DNA of 64,000 nt from Octopus bimaculoides (lineage: Eukaryota), in NCBI RefSeq assembly GCF_001194135.2, contig NC_068997.1:5843086-5907085 (forward strand). The letters are read 5' to 3'. The notes under the pieces were generated by a model, which worked only from the letters and a program-made list of their open reading frames with translations, ran no database searches and was not told the DNA's origin. Below are positions 50,066-62,501 of this stretch, one piece after another (the first letter of the stretch is position 1; the number at the start of each line of letters is the position of its first letter). Both the position numbers and the translations under genes were made by a program.

Positions 50066-50260
50066 TATGTCTGTATATCATCATTATCATTTTATGTCTG
50101 TTTTCCATGTTATACATTGGACTTCCATTGAATGACTCAAGAATTCCTTAGAGTCGTATGTCTTCTACAATGACTTCCTTTATCTTTAGAATTTATAATA
50201 CATGCACAGAATGTGAAACTTGATATAAATGTAGCTTTTCACTTTTGAATAGATTAACTA

Positions 50261-50683
50261 NNNNNNNNNNNNNNNNNNNNNNNNNNNNNNNNNNNNNNNN
50301 NNNNNNNNNNNNNNNNNNNNNNNNNNNNNNNNNNNNNNNNNNNNNNNNNNNNNNNNNNNNNNNNNNNNNNNNNNNNNNNNNNNNNNNNNNNNNNNNNNNN
50401 NNNNNNNNNNNNNNNNNNNNNNNNNNNNNNNNNNNNNNNNNNNNNNNNNNNNNNNNNNNNNNNNNNNNNNNNNNNNNNNNNNNNNNNNNNNNNNNNNNNN
50501 NNNNNNNNNNNNNNNNNNNNNNNNNNNNNNNNNNNNNNNNNNNNNNNNNNNNNNNNNNNNNNNNNNNNNNNNNNNNNNNNNNNNNNNNNNNNNNNNNNNN
50601 NNNNNNNNNNNNNNNNNNNNNNNNNNNNNNNNNNNNNNNNNNNNNNNNNNNNNNNNNNNNNNNNNNNNNNNNNNNNNNNNNNN
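50261..50683. other. Assembly gap (N run)
   Basis: 423 N, with (TA)n on the right. Confidence 1.
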
Positions 50684-50730
<47 letters not shown>

Positions 50731-52246
50731 CGTAGCTGTGTTGTTAAGAAGCTTGTTTCCTAACCATGTGGTCCTTATGTTCAATCCCACACTGTATACC
50801 ATGTGTGTATGTTGCTGTGTGTGTTTGTCTTAACAGCATGTGTTGGTTGTAAACAAGCATCACTGTCAGGCAAACAATCTTGTTCATTCTCAGTCTTCCA
50901 TGAAAAACATGTTCGGTCATGATGGAATATTATTAGCTTGCCTGGAAACAGGTATAGATTAGTGACAGGAAGGGCATCCGGCTGAAGAAAATCTTCAGCA
51001 AATTCTATCTAACACATGCAAGCCTGGACAAGTGGATGATGATGATGATGAAGTATATAATGTAGAGCTTTGGGTATGGCTATGTGTAACAATCTTGCTT
51101 CTCAACCATATGGATACAAGCTCAGTCCCACTGCATGACACCTTGGGCAAGTGTCTCTGCTATAGCTCCAAGCCAACCAATGCCTTGTGAGTAGATTTGG
51201 TAGGTGGAAACTGAAAGAAGCCTGAAATATGTATGTATATATATATATATATATATATAGTGTGTTATGAGAATTTATGGAAAAGTATTCCATAGAAACT
51301 CAACAAGTATGTTAAAAAATGGAGAAGAGATATTGAGATATAAAAGAATTTTAACACATGAATATGATCATTTCGAATGAAAGATATAATATGTCTGTGT
51401 ATATATGATGTACATATAATATGTATATGCGTGTGTGCCTCCAGTTCATTCACCACAAACTGCATTTCTCTCTCCCCATCCCTAGCCATCTGCATGCTCT
51501 TTCACACTCCCACAAACTGACTTACCTACCCATATCACTCATATTTACTTTTCTGTAACTTGACAGATAACCTTGACACAGCTTTACCTTCATAGTGAAC
51601 CTTGATGCAGCTTTACTACTGTCTTTTTTCCTTCCCAACTGTGGTAACCATATCTCTCCCTACAGCAAAACACCTTTCTTATCCCCTTGTACTTTAACCT
51701 CCCCTTATGCATTATAAAGTCACCTCCCTTAATACTACTTCCCACCTGAATTGAGGAGTCTTGTCTTGTGAGTTACTTGGTGACCTCACAAGTGCGGGCT
51801 CCATGTAAAAAATTTTTTTAAAGCATCCAGTACATTCTGCGAAGTGTCTGTCTGGCATTAAGATGGTTATCCAGTCATAGAAACTATACCAAAGTAGACA
51901 TTGGAGTTTGGTGCAGTCTTCTCATTTGCCAGCTCTTTTTGAACCAGCTAACCTATGCTATCATGGAAAACATGTCAAATGATGGGGATATATATATATA
52001 TATTTAAGCGCATATATATATATATATATATATACAGACATACACATAGTGTATGCACATTTATACATAAATTATGTAAATGTGTATATGTATGTATACA
52101 TACTTTCATGACACAGTTCTGATTGGCCAGATCCTTTTGAACCATCCAACTCCTGCCAGCATAGAAGATGGGTGCAAAATGATATTACAAACACTCATAC
52201 AGATACATATAATGTACTCATAAGTGTACACACACACACACACCCA

Positions 52247-52291
<45 letters not shown>

Positions 52292-52294
<3 letters not shown>

Positions 52295-52529
52295 AGGGTT
52301 GGCAGAAAAGTTCATAGGTTGAAATATCATGATGCCAAATTTTGTCCATTTTCAAAAGAAGTCACTTCTAGTTACTTTTGAAGTTTTCTTTGAACTGTCA
52401 AATGTCAGTTTGCCTGGAGAGAAACAATATGGTCATTAATAAGAAGGGTTGAAATTAATGCATTCAAGATTTCAGAGCTCTAACATCACTCCTTCATAGT
52501 CAGCCTATGAACTTTTCAGCCCACTCTTG
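52292..52529. mobile_element. Mariner-type MITE with ~30-bp imperfect TIRs (Hsmar2/irritans-like ends)
   Basis: Left end tgagggttggcagaaaagttcataggttga. The right end reverse-complemented is aagagtgggctgaaaagttcataggctga. It sits within (CA)n and (TG)n runs. Confidence 0.7.
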
Positions 52530-53013
52530 TGTGTGTGTGTGTATGTGTGTGTTTGTGCATGTGTGTGTGTGCGCATGCACACATACACACACACACATGC
52601 CACTGCATGTATACATGCATTTCACTGGTATATGTGTGGCTGAGTGTGTATATGAGAGAGAGAAGGAATGTTCTAAGAAGTGTGTAATAGGATCACACAC
52701 ACACACACACACATTCCAGTATATGTAATGTATGTATAGTGTGTGACTAATGTCTGTTAAAACAGACACAAATATAAAAGTATTTATTGTTTTGAAAAAG
52801 CCAAACTTTGTTAATGGTTAATATTACTTCTTTAAGAGTTCCTTGATGTTTTCTTCTATTCTTCTATTCATTTAATATCTTATTCTGACGTATTTTTGTT
52901 CTTTAATTCTTCTGTCTTGCTTCATCTGATTTTCTATTGATATACATACATACTGTCTCTCTTCCTTTTAGTGTTTGTCTACTGTCTATCTGTCCTCTCT
53001 CTCTCTCTCTTTC

Positions 53014-53098
<85 letters not shown>

Positions 53099-53344
53099 AT
53101 GTAATATCTATTTATCTGTCTACCTATCTCCAAGCCATCCATCATCTTCATGGTTGAATGGTAAATTTTGGATTCTGGTTCCTCTGAGAACTAGTGATGA
53201 AAGGATGTGGACATTTGGCTGGCATTGAAGAATTGGGTAGGGGAAAGAGGAAACAAAGGTGTGGGTAGGGAGGGGGAGAGAGAAAGAGAGAAAGAAAGAG
53301 ACAAACACTTATGCTAATGAAAGGAATGAAGTAAATATGTAACG

Positions 53345-53386
<42 letters not shown>

Positions 53387-54539
53387 ATATGTGTTTGTCT
53401 CATACATGTGTGAGGGTGGTGGGGAAGAGTGAAAGAGATGTAAAGTCAGAGTATAGATCAATGTGACTTGGACAATTCAGTGGTGATCAAGGAAAGGGGA
53501 AGGAACAGAGAGAGAGAGAGAGGGAGAAAAGAGTGTTGGAAGAGAGAGAGAGAAAGAAAGAAGGTATGTATGTATGTGTGGAGAGAGGTGGCTGATAAGC
53601 AAAAACTCACCCTGCACAGACAGAGGCACCAAAATATTGTTTAAAGTGGAGAGGTTTGTCTAATGTAAACCAATGTTTGACCAGGCAAATGGAAGATTAA
53701 CAGAAACCATCAAAGCATGAAAAGAACAACAAAAAAAAGAAAAAAATCTGCACAAAGTGAAAGAAGGGGGAAAAAAATCTAAACCAAATTAGATAAAAAT
53801 ATAAAAACATGAATATATAACTAAAAAAAAAAATGTATTTACAGGCATTCTGCTTCTCCTCCCCACTCTACCGTGTATTGTAATGTGCTCATTCCTTGCC
53901 CTTGTAGCTACAAAAAAAAAATCAGTATTAATTGATATTGAAAGCACCAGTTTGGGAGAGAAGAGAGCAATGGGTCCACCATAAAACTGATGCTTCTTCT
54001 AGACAATCAATGAAGGTAGAAAGTATGGCAGTGTTGTTAAAAGAAGTCCCTGTTTACAACCTTGTAATTTTAGATTCGAATCCATTGCCTGGTATCTTGG
54101 ACTAGTTAATGTCTTATTGTAGTCCTGGGGTTGATCAATATATCTTGTGATTCAATTCAGTCTTCCCCCCCCTCTCTCTCTATGCTGAATTCAAACCCTG
54201 CTGAGGTCAACTTTGCTTGTGTCCTCTTGAGGACTAGTAACAAAATGCCAGAACAGTAGGTATTACTTCCACTATATTTTCTTTTTCTTCTTCTCTCTCT
54301 TTCTCTCTCACCCTCTTTGTCTCTGCCTGTCTGGCTGTCTCTCTCTCACACATACACACACACACACACACAAATTAGTTGTGTTCAGACCTGTGCCAGG
54401 TTGAAAAAGGCCAAGACTCTATATATCACAAAAGCAACCCTCCAATTCCATGGAGCACTGCCTTGAATGGTTTTAGTCTTGTACTTATTCTATTGGTCTC
54501 TTGCTTAACCACTAAGCTGCATGGATGTAAACAAATCAA

Positions 54540-54760
54540 CACCATAAAGTGATAGAATGTTGTCAACTTGATGTGACAGTCCCATAAAAGGGAAGAATGC
54601 TACTGTTATTTAGCCCTAGGAATCACCGTTTCCTGTTGGACTTAACACATTTCCCTTTCATGGAACTGTCACATTAAGTTGACAACATACTATCACTTTA
54701 TTGTGCTGCTACTGCATAAATCTCTCTGAGAGATTTAGAAATGTATTATTTCTGTTTTTA
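54540..54760. repeat. Multi-hairpin cassette inserted in a minus-strand family-B SINE
   Basis: 55-bp inverted arms at 54540-54594 and 54651-54705 (50/55 identical, ungapped), then a perfect taaatctctc-t-gagagattta (54717-54737) and agaaat-gtatt-atttct. Confidence 0.85.
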
Positions 54761-54949
54761 AACCAACACCAGTCGAAAATTGGTGACAGGGATTGCACAA
54801 AGATATGCATATTCCATATAGTTTCATCTACAAAACTCATTTACAACCTGGAGCTATAGTATAAGGCACTTGCCCAAGGTGTTGCATAGTGGAACTGAAC
54901 CCAAAATGTTGCAAAGAAAGCTTCTTAACCATACAGCCATACCTACACG

Positions 54950-55495
54950 TACATACATACACACACGCACACACACACACATTCACACACATACATGAAT
55001 GCACACACGCACAGGAATGCACATATACTTCCCCACACACATACACATGCACATACATGTGTGCACAGACACACACATGCACACATACACATGAATGCAC
55101 ATATACCTTCCTCACACACCACACATACACACAACACACATGTGCATATATGCACACAATTGCATGCACATACACATGCATGCGCACATGCACACACACA
55201 GGACCGCACATATACCTCCACACACACAACCCTACGCACATACATACACACCCTTCAGACTGTCTGTCAAACACCTGTCCACTGACCATACTCTCTACGC
55301 ACATGTGAAGAAACACACAACTACACAAAAGACCACCACTTTTGTTACCATAGCTACTGAATTCTTCCTACAACATTAACAGACACAAAGATCACTCACA
55401 CATACACATATAAACAGTTAATACCACACACACACACACACATATGCTATTACACACACACACGCATACACTTGAGTGCTCGCACATACACACAC
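54950..55495. repeat. Degenerate (CA)n/(CATA)n microsatellite field
   Basis: Explains the His/Thr- and Cys/Val-rich ORFs at 54837-55379. Confidence 0.9.
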
Positions 55496-55587
55496 ATACC
55501 TCCCCTTACTCTCTCCGGGCGTTCCCTTCCAGTCATTTCAAAATGTAACTACATGTAGATTGTTGGCGATTTTTTTTTTTTTTTTTT

Positions 55588-55834
55588 NNNNNNNNNNNNN
55601 NNNNNNNNNNNNNNNNNNNNNNNNNNNNNNNNNNNNNNNNNNNNNNNNNNNNNNNNNNNNNNNNNNNNNNNNNNNNNNNNNNNNNNNNNNNNNNNNNNNN
55701 NNNNNNNNNNNNNNNNNNNNNNNNNNNNNNNNNNNNNNNNNNNNNNNNNNNNNNNNNNNNNNNNNNNNNNNNNNNNNNNNNNNNNNNNNNNNNNNNNNNN
55801 NNNNNNNNNNNNNNNNNNNNNNNNNNNNNNNNNN
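55588..55834. other. Assembly gap (N run)
   Basis: 247 N between a poly-T and a (TA)n run. Confidence 1.
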
Positions 55835-55867
<33 letters not shown>

Positions 55868-56204
55868 TATGAAATAAGAAGTAAAAGGGAGTAATAAATT
55901 GAGACAGATATCAATAAAGCTTTCACTGTTAAATGAATTTGGTTAATTGTATCAAACAATCAGATGCCAATAAATGCAAGTGGAAAAGGAAGAAAAAGTA
56001 ATAGTAGTAATCCTTACTGTCCTGTTATTTTTTTGACTAGTCTCTAAGAGGACATAAGCAAAGTTGAGCTAAGCAGGATTTGAACTCAGTGAACAGAGAC
56101 ACTGAATTGATTCACAAGATATATTGATCAACCCATGCTAGCATGGAAAAATGAACAAAGATATGTGTATGTGTGTGTATACACGCACACACACACACAC
56201 ACAC

Positions 56205-56250
<46 letters not shown>

Positions 56251-56802
56251 CTGTAACTATTTTTAGTTGCCAAAATATTTACATATTCTTTCATACAGAA
56301 GAGAACTTTTGTTAGCAAATGACTTTATTAATGCCTACTGCCTACCCTGAATATTTACTCAGGGCACATGTCTGCTTGCTTTTTTTTCCTTTTATATAAC
56401 TGCATGCCATGTTACTTTGATGACACAGAGCAAACTTAACAGCCCCTTACGTCATTGCATAAATAATAATAACCAGCTTACCACATTATTATATTATGTT
56501 TGTTTATGTGTGCGTATGTATATACCTCCTATATGTGTATGCATGCTGACGTAAGTTTTAATGCAAGAGTAAAGTTGGTGAGGTTAGCAACTGTTATCAA
56601 AGCTGAACTGTTTGGATTAATGGGTCTCCTCACTTGTCACATATTATTTATACATCGTATGTGTGTGTTTGTGTTTGTTTACAGAGATATTGAGAGGAAT
56701 ATGTGTTGAGCTCTTCTTAATGTCTGTGTATTGTATGTATGTATGCATATATATATTTTTTAATATACTATAATGAAGAAAGCTTCTTATTAATTATGAG
56801 TA

Positions 56803-57260
56803 AGGTGGCAAGTTGGCAGAATTGTTAGCTTGCTGGATGAAAATTCTTAGCTGCATTTTGTCCGAGTTCAAATACTGCTGAGGTTTACTTTGCCTTTCAT
56901 ACTTTTGAGGTCAATAAAATAAGTATCATTTGTACACTGGGGTCGATGTACTTGACTAGAACTCCTTCCCCAATGTTTCAGGCCTTGTACCTCTAGTAGA
57001 ACACATTAATTAGCTATGAGTATGTAACTTTTACTAAAATATCTCGTCTTTTCTGATATAAACTTGGAGCCTGAAATTTTAGGTGAGCGGAATAATTGAT
57101 TACATAGACCCCAATGCTTAACTGGTATTTATTTCATCAACCCAAAAAGATGAAAGGCAGATTTGACCTCAGTGGTATTTGAACTCAGAGTGTAAAGACA
57201 GATGAAACGCTGCTAAGCATTTTGTCTGGTGTGCTAGCGGTTCTACCAGCTTGCCACCTA
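56803..57260. mobile_element. Tail-to-tail inverted pair of family-A SINEs
   Basis: Plus copy at 56803-57005 and minus copy at 57062-57260. Confidence 0.8.
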
Positions 57261-57604
57261 CTAATGTATATTTGAAATGAAAAATAGATAAATCAGAAGA
57301 TGAAGGTATCTTTTCTGCCTTTCATTATTTATATGAGATATATAAAAGTCAGGATTTTCCTAAGGAGATGATTGAATACTGCTATCTTTGTGTTTTATGT
57401 ATTGTTGTCCTGTACTAGGCAACAACACCAAAAGCAAGATAAAAGGATTCAAGTTGTATTCTATCATTTCTTTAGGAAATCCAGAGCTTTATGTATCTGT
57501 ATTGAAAGCAAGCAAGAAAGAAAGGTACCACCATCACTTTTATCTTTAACAATATATTTCACTGTACACTTACTAGAAATGTTATTCCTTCCTAGCATGG
57601 TGCA

Positions 57605-58240
57605 GGCCTGGCTGTGTGGTTAAGAAATTTGTTTCTCAAACATATAGTCTCTGATTCAGTTCCACTATGTGACATTTTGGGCAAGTGTCATCTGCTATAG
57701 CCCAGGGCTGCTCAAAGCATTGTGAGTGGATTTGGTAGATGGAAATTGATAGAAGCCAACACCTGCCCATCACAACAGCGTTAAGATCCTAAAACCAAAG
57801 TGCTATGTAAAAAGCATTAGTGCTGGTGCCATGTAAAAAATCACTGGTGATGGTGCCATGTAAAAAGCACCCAGTACACTCTGTAAAGTCGTTGGCATAA
57901 GGGAGGGTATTAAGCCATAGAAACCAAGCCAAAACAGGCTATGGACCTGGTGCTGTCCCTGGCCTTGTTAGTTCTTGTCAAACCATCTAACCCATGCCAG
58001 CATGGAAAACAGATGTTAAATGTTTGTTATGATGTGTGTGAGTGTGCACTCTTGTCATACAAGTGAAATTGTTTGTTTCCAGCCCTCTGTGAAAAATACA
58101 TCTGATTGTAGGAAAATATTTCCTTTGAAACAGGTGAGAGTTGGCAACAAGAACAACGTCCAACTACAGAAAATCTGCAACATATTCCATCTAATCAATG
58201 CAAGCATGGAAAAGTGAATGCTAAATGATGTTGATGATAA
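57605..58240 (+). mobile_element. B head plus C-type body (57605-58030), then a G body (58035-58240)
   Basis: Head ggctgtgtggttaagaaa, three short gtgctggtgccatgtaaaaa modules and an RTE-like tail. Confidence 0.7.
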
Positions 58241-58259
58241 ATATGATATACATATATAT

Positions 58260-58319
<60 letters not shown>

Positions 58320-58884
58320 GTAACAACCATCCTTAGTACAAGTAAAATAAAAATTAAATTACCATGTGAAGTTAATATATTCCATGTTGAATTTTTACTT
58401 TTCCGTACTCTTGACACCAGCTCTAAAATGTGTTCTACTTGTCTAGGTTGTGTCCAACATTTCTTAGAATTTATTTTCTATCTTTTATTTTTAATGTTAA
58501 TACTTCATTGAAGACTGTGTCTTTGGATTCACTTGTTGATTTACATTGTGTCCCACTTTGAACTTTTTGAGTACTAATCTACCTGTGACTGTTTCTGGTC
58601 TGTGATACAAACACATCCTTTTTAAATTATAACCATCATAATTAAAACAAAGCCAGTGACTTTGGTTTGCCTCAAGAGTTCTGACCATTTTTGGTTGACA
58701 AGATTCATGTTGAAACATTGGGGTCACAAAATGCTGTGTGCCAATGAGACAAGTGTGTTGAACACACTGTTCTCATAAAAGAGTGAAGCTATTCTCCTAA
58801 GACATACACTACAGCAACCTGCCTAGACATGCTAAGAATAAATATGCACATATTTGTACAATCATAGTTTTTATTTAAGAATGC

Positions 58885-61060
58885 AAACACGGTTGTGGTT
58901 AAGAAGCTCATTTTGCAACAACTTGGTTTGGAGTTCAGTCCCTCTGCATGGCACCTTAGGCAAATATCTTCATAGGTCAAGGCCATCCAAAGCTTCATAA
59001 GTGGATTTGGGAGCTGGAAACTGAAAGAAGCCCATCACTTGTGTATGTGTGTGTGTGTGTGTCTTTGTTTTGACATTAGGCACAAAATGTAAACAGCTGT
59101 CACTGTTACAGAAGCAGCATTTCTTTCTTGCAATCTTCCATGAAAACCTGTCTGGTCATTGTGATGTCTGTATTTGAAGGAGTGGCTGAAATATTTGCTT
59201 TACTGGAAAACAAGTGATGGTGACTGAAAGAGCACAAAGCTGTAGAAAACTGGTTACAATGAATTACATACTCTTGGTGGTTGAAATTTTTTATACAAAT
59301 AACCAAATTAACATCATAGACTATATAATTTATGAGATTTCAATATATTGTCAGCATTAAAGTATTGTGTTTATTTCAAACAAAATTATATATTGTAAAA
59401 CAAGAATACAATCTTTTTAGGTCTTTTTACTTAGAAATATAGTCACAAAAAAGTTAACTGTTGATTGGTAGTGTTTATTTTATTGATAATTAATTGTGAG
59501 TTTGTGTGTGTATTTATATTTCATTGAGATCAAACAATTTATTTTATTGATATATATTGCTATGGCAACCACTTGACTGTAAGATTTTTCAATACACTTT
59601 TTAATTCCGTCACTCATTCAGAATTAGCAAGATTCATATGACCCAGTAATGACTATTATACAATGTGAATTACTCAAACAACAACAAGCAATATCATAAG
59701 ATTTATTAAGAAATGAAAAAAATGAATTTGGTTAATCATAGGCTAATGTAGTCAAAAAACTGCATCCATTCACTACTTGATTCTGAAGTCTTTTTTGCAA
59801 TTTTTATCTGCAATGAAGATGTATTTATTTATTTATTTAATGATACCGTTACTCAACTCACCCCTTACTTAGGTAAGGGTTGGTGACTGGGAGAGCATCT
59901 AGCTATAAAGTCTTCCTTTAAGTAACTTCTGCCTAAGGCATCACTAGCATGGAAAAACAGAAGTTAAGTAAATGAACAAATTAAAATTAAGATAAAAATG
60001 CACTAAAGACTAAATTTTGGTAGTTTTTATTTCATTGAAATGGTAAGAATAACATTTAGTTCTTATGATACTGGTTTTTGGTAAATATCAAGGACTGATT
60101 ACTGTCATTTTAACTCATCCGGAAAATAGAAGTTTCAAGAACATCTTCATTCAGATCAAATCATGTAAATGCTTAATTTCATGATTCATTTCACAATTTT
60201 GCTATGATTTTAATAAAATTGAGGGGGGAAAAAAATTCTATAAAATTAGTCAAAATTTATTTTATTTGCATATGTAATTAACTGGTCAATTTTACATAGA
60301 TTTGATGTTAAATGGTTTGATATTTTCAAAAGATATGCACTTAACTGAATTATGCAATTCAGTGGTATAGCATTTGTATGCTTGTGTATATGTATGTATG
60401 TACATACATATGTATGTGGAGAGAGAGAGGCATAACTGTGTGATTTCGGATTCAGTCCCATGTCATGGCATCTTGGGCACGTTCTTCAACTGTAGCCTGT
60501 GACTGGCTGAATCCTTGTGAGTGGATTTTGTTGATAGAAACTGAAAGAAGCCTACTATATGTGTGCATACATGCACATGCAAGTGTGTGTGTGCATGCAA
60601 GCACTGGAAACAGGTGAGGGTTCGCAATAGGAAGGCCATCTGGCTGTAGAAAATCTGCCTCAGCAAATTCCATCTGACCCATAAGCATAAGAAAGTGGAT
60701 TTAAATGATGATGACCATGATGGTCATAATGATTTTCATATATGCGTGTGTGTGTGTATGTGTTTGTGTGAGTGGGTTTGCATTCCTCTTGCCTGTGTGC
60801 TCCCTTGTTGGTTGGAGACAATGGCTTTGCTGACGGTGTCGTTTGTTTACAGTCCACCTTGAAAGCAGGTACAGGTTTCTTAACACATTGCATGATCTTT
60901 GTAAACAAAAGGCCAGTTCATACGGTATTGTTTTTTCCAGTTCTTTGCATTAGCATATCTAGGTTGTTTGTAATCTCCTTAATGGGAGATTATTGCCTTG
61001 CTTGGAAACAAGCGGATGTTGACAACAGGAAGGGCACCTGGCCCTAGAAAACTCTGTCCT
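58885..61060 (+). mobile_element. Further B-head and G-body SINE pieces (58885-59260, 60430-60715, 60865-61060)
   Basis: gaaactgaaagaagcc and ggaaacaggtgagggtt..aggaagg.catc.ggctgtagaaaatctgcc motifs. Confidence 0.6.
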
Positions 61061-61124
61061 AATATACTCTCACCAAACCCAAGGGAGCATGATAAATTAG
61101 ATGTTAATATGACGTCGGTGATGA

Positions 61125-61340
61125 AGGCTGCAAGCTGGCAGAATCGGTAGCACCCCAGGCAAAATGCTTGGCAGCATTTCATCCATCTTGACATTCTGAG
61201 TTCAAATTCCACTGAGGTTGACTTTGCCTTTCATCCTTTCAGGAGTTTGATGAAATAAGTACCAGTTGAGTACTGGAGCCATTGTAATCGATTTGTCCCT
61301 CACCTGGAATTGCTGGCCTTGTGCCAAAATTTGAAACAGT
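61125..61340 (+). mobile_element. Well-preserved family-A SINE
   Basis: aggctgcaagctggcagaatcggtag..ctgagttcaaattccactgaggttgactttgcctttcatcctttc..tgctggccttgtgccaaaatttgaaac. Confidence 0.85.
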
Positions 61341-61369
61341 ATGATGTTGGTGATGATGATGATTTGTGT

Positions 61370-61800
61370 GTGTGTATGACATTAAACTGCATCCTGTGGT
61401 CAGGCTCCAGTTTGAAAGTTCTACAGTTGTAAGGAGCATGGTATCACACCTTAATTTCCATTACTCCCAGGCCCATCCTGTCCTACCAGGGTCTCATCTA
61501 TGGGTTTAACAGATTTACCAGGAGTAGAGAAGGCTCCTATTTTTTGACAAAGCCATGTGGAAGGCAGCTCTTCTTGAAAAAGATACTCTGACATAAAACA
61601 GTACCAATCAAAGCAGTACCAATCAAAACAGTACCAATCATCTTGCAATAGTAGGTTCTACTGGAGCCTACTGTGACAGCCAAGAGAGTTGTCATTTAAA
61701 TTCAGTGACATACAGAGGTCCCACTGTAATTTTATTTCTTGATCCATTTTGCGTTTTATAAAATCTCCTGGAAATGGTTGTCTGGTGACATGTAAAGTCA
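61370..61800 (-). mobile_element. Probable retroposon remnant with a 15-bp triplication
   Basis: Non-repetitive-looking segment with aaacagtaccaatca x3 at ~61596-61640. The retroposon assignment is recall-based inference only. Confidence 0.3.
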
Positions 61801-61949
61801 CATCTGTGCACATGCAAGGGTGAAAGTAAATCGGAACAATCAAGCTGAATGTGAAGCAATCATTGTGTGTATTTTTGTGTGTATCAAAACAGCCTTCTTT
61901 GAAACTTACTCTTGCATTCACTGTGTTTTTTTTGTCTTTTTCTTTCCAG

Positions 61950-62036
61950 TGGTATAGAATTAAATGGATTGTACAAGAAAATCACCAAGAAAATCTCAAG
62001 ATTCTCAAAGAAAGCCAGGAAGCGTTTACAAAAATG
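61950..62036 (+). CDS. Candidate internal coding exon (87 nt) of an unidentified host gene
   Basis: Very strong acceptor tgtgttttttttgtctttttctttccAG and donor ATG|gtaaat. Open in phase 2 (GIELNGLYKKITKKISRFSKKARKRLQK) and in phase 0 (WYRIKWIVQENHQENLKILKESQEAFTKM). Confidence 0.55.
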
Positions 62037-62501
62037 GTAAATATTTCAAGTTGCTTTCTTCAAAATAAATAGTTTAAAGAATTTAATTTTTTGTCATTTA
62101 AAATTCCACTGCAATAACAATTACAAAGTACTGTTTATTTTCTTCAGAATTTTGAAATCTAAACTTTCTTTGAAATACCTTCTATTTTTAACTTCTTTTT
62201 TTCTGGTAAATAGGAGGAAAGAAACTGGATGTGAGCATTTTTGTTGTCTTATATATGGCAGAATAATCCAGGCTTTTGTCTCTGTTTTTCCCCTCAAATT
62301 ACCATAAATGGGTTTTCCTTTCTATTGAAGAATTTTCACATTCTTCTTGAATTTTTTTTTTTTAATGAGTTATCTTTTGTTCCTGTTAATCCTTTTGTTA
62401 TTCCTAATTGTAAACCCCACTTTTGAATGTTAGTCCTTATGTCCTAAATATCTTCAGTCCTTGTGGCCAAGAAAAAAAATTATTATTATTTGTGTATTAT
62501 A

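Noticed and set aside
57420-57522. Candidate exon open in two frames (tactAG..AAG|gtacca)
   Set aside because: Weak donor, and neither spliced peptide looks convincing.
58744-58776. Small hairpin atgaga..agtgtgtt-g-aacacact..tctcat
   Set aside because: Isolated, with no linked element end or second copy seen.
61596-61640. 15-bp direct repeat x3; SINE arrays also considered as CRISPR-like
   Set aside because: No unique spacers and no cas genes in a eukaryotic context. These are slippage repeats or retroposons.
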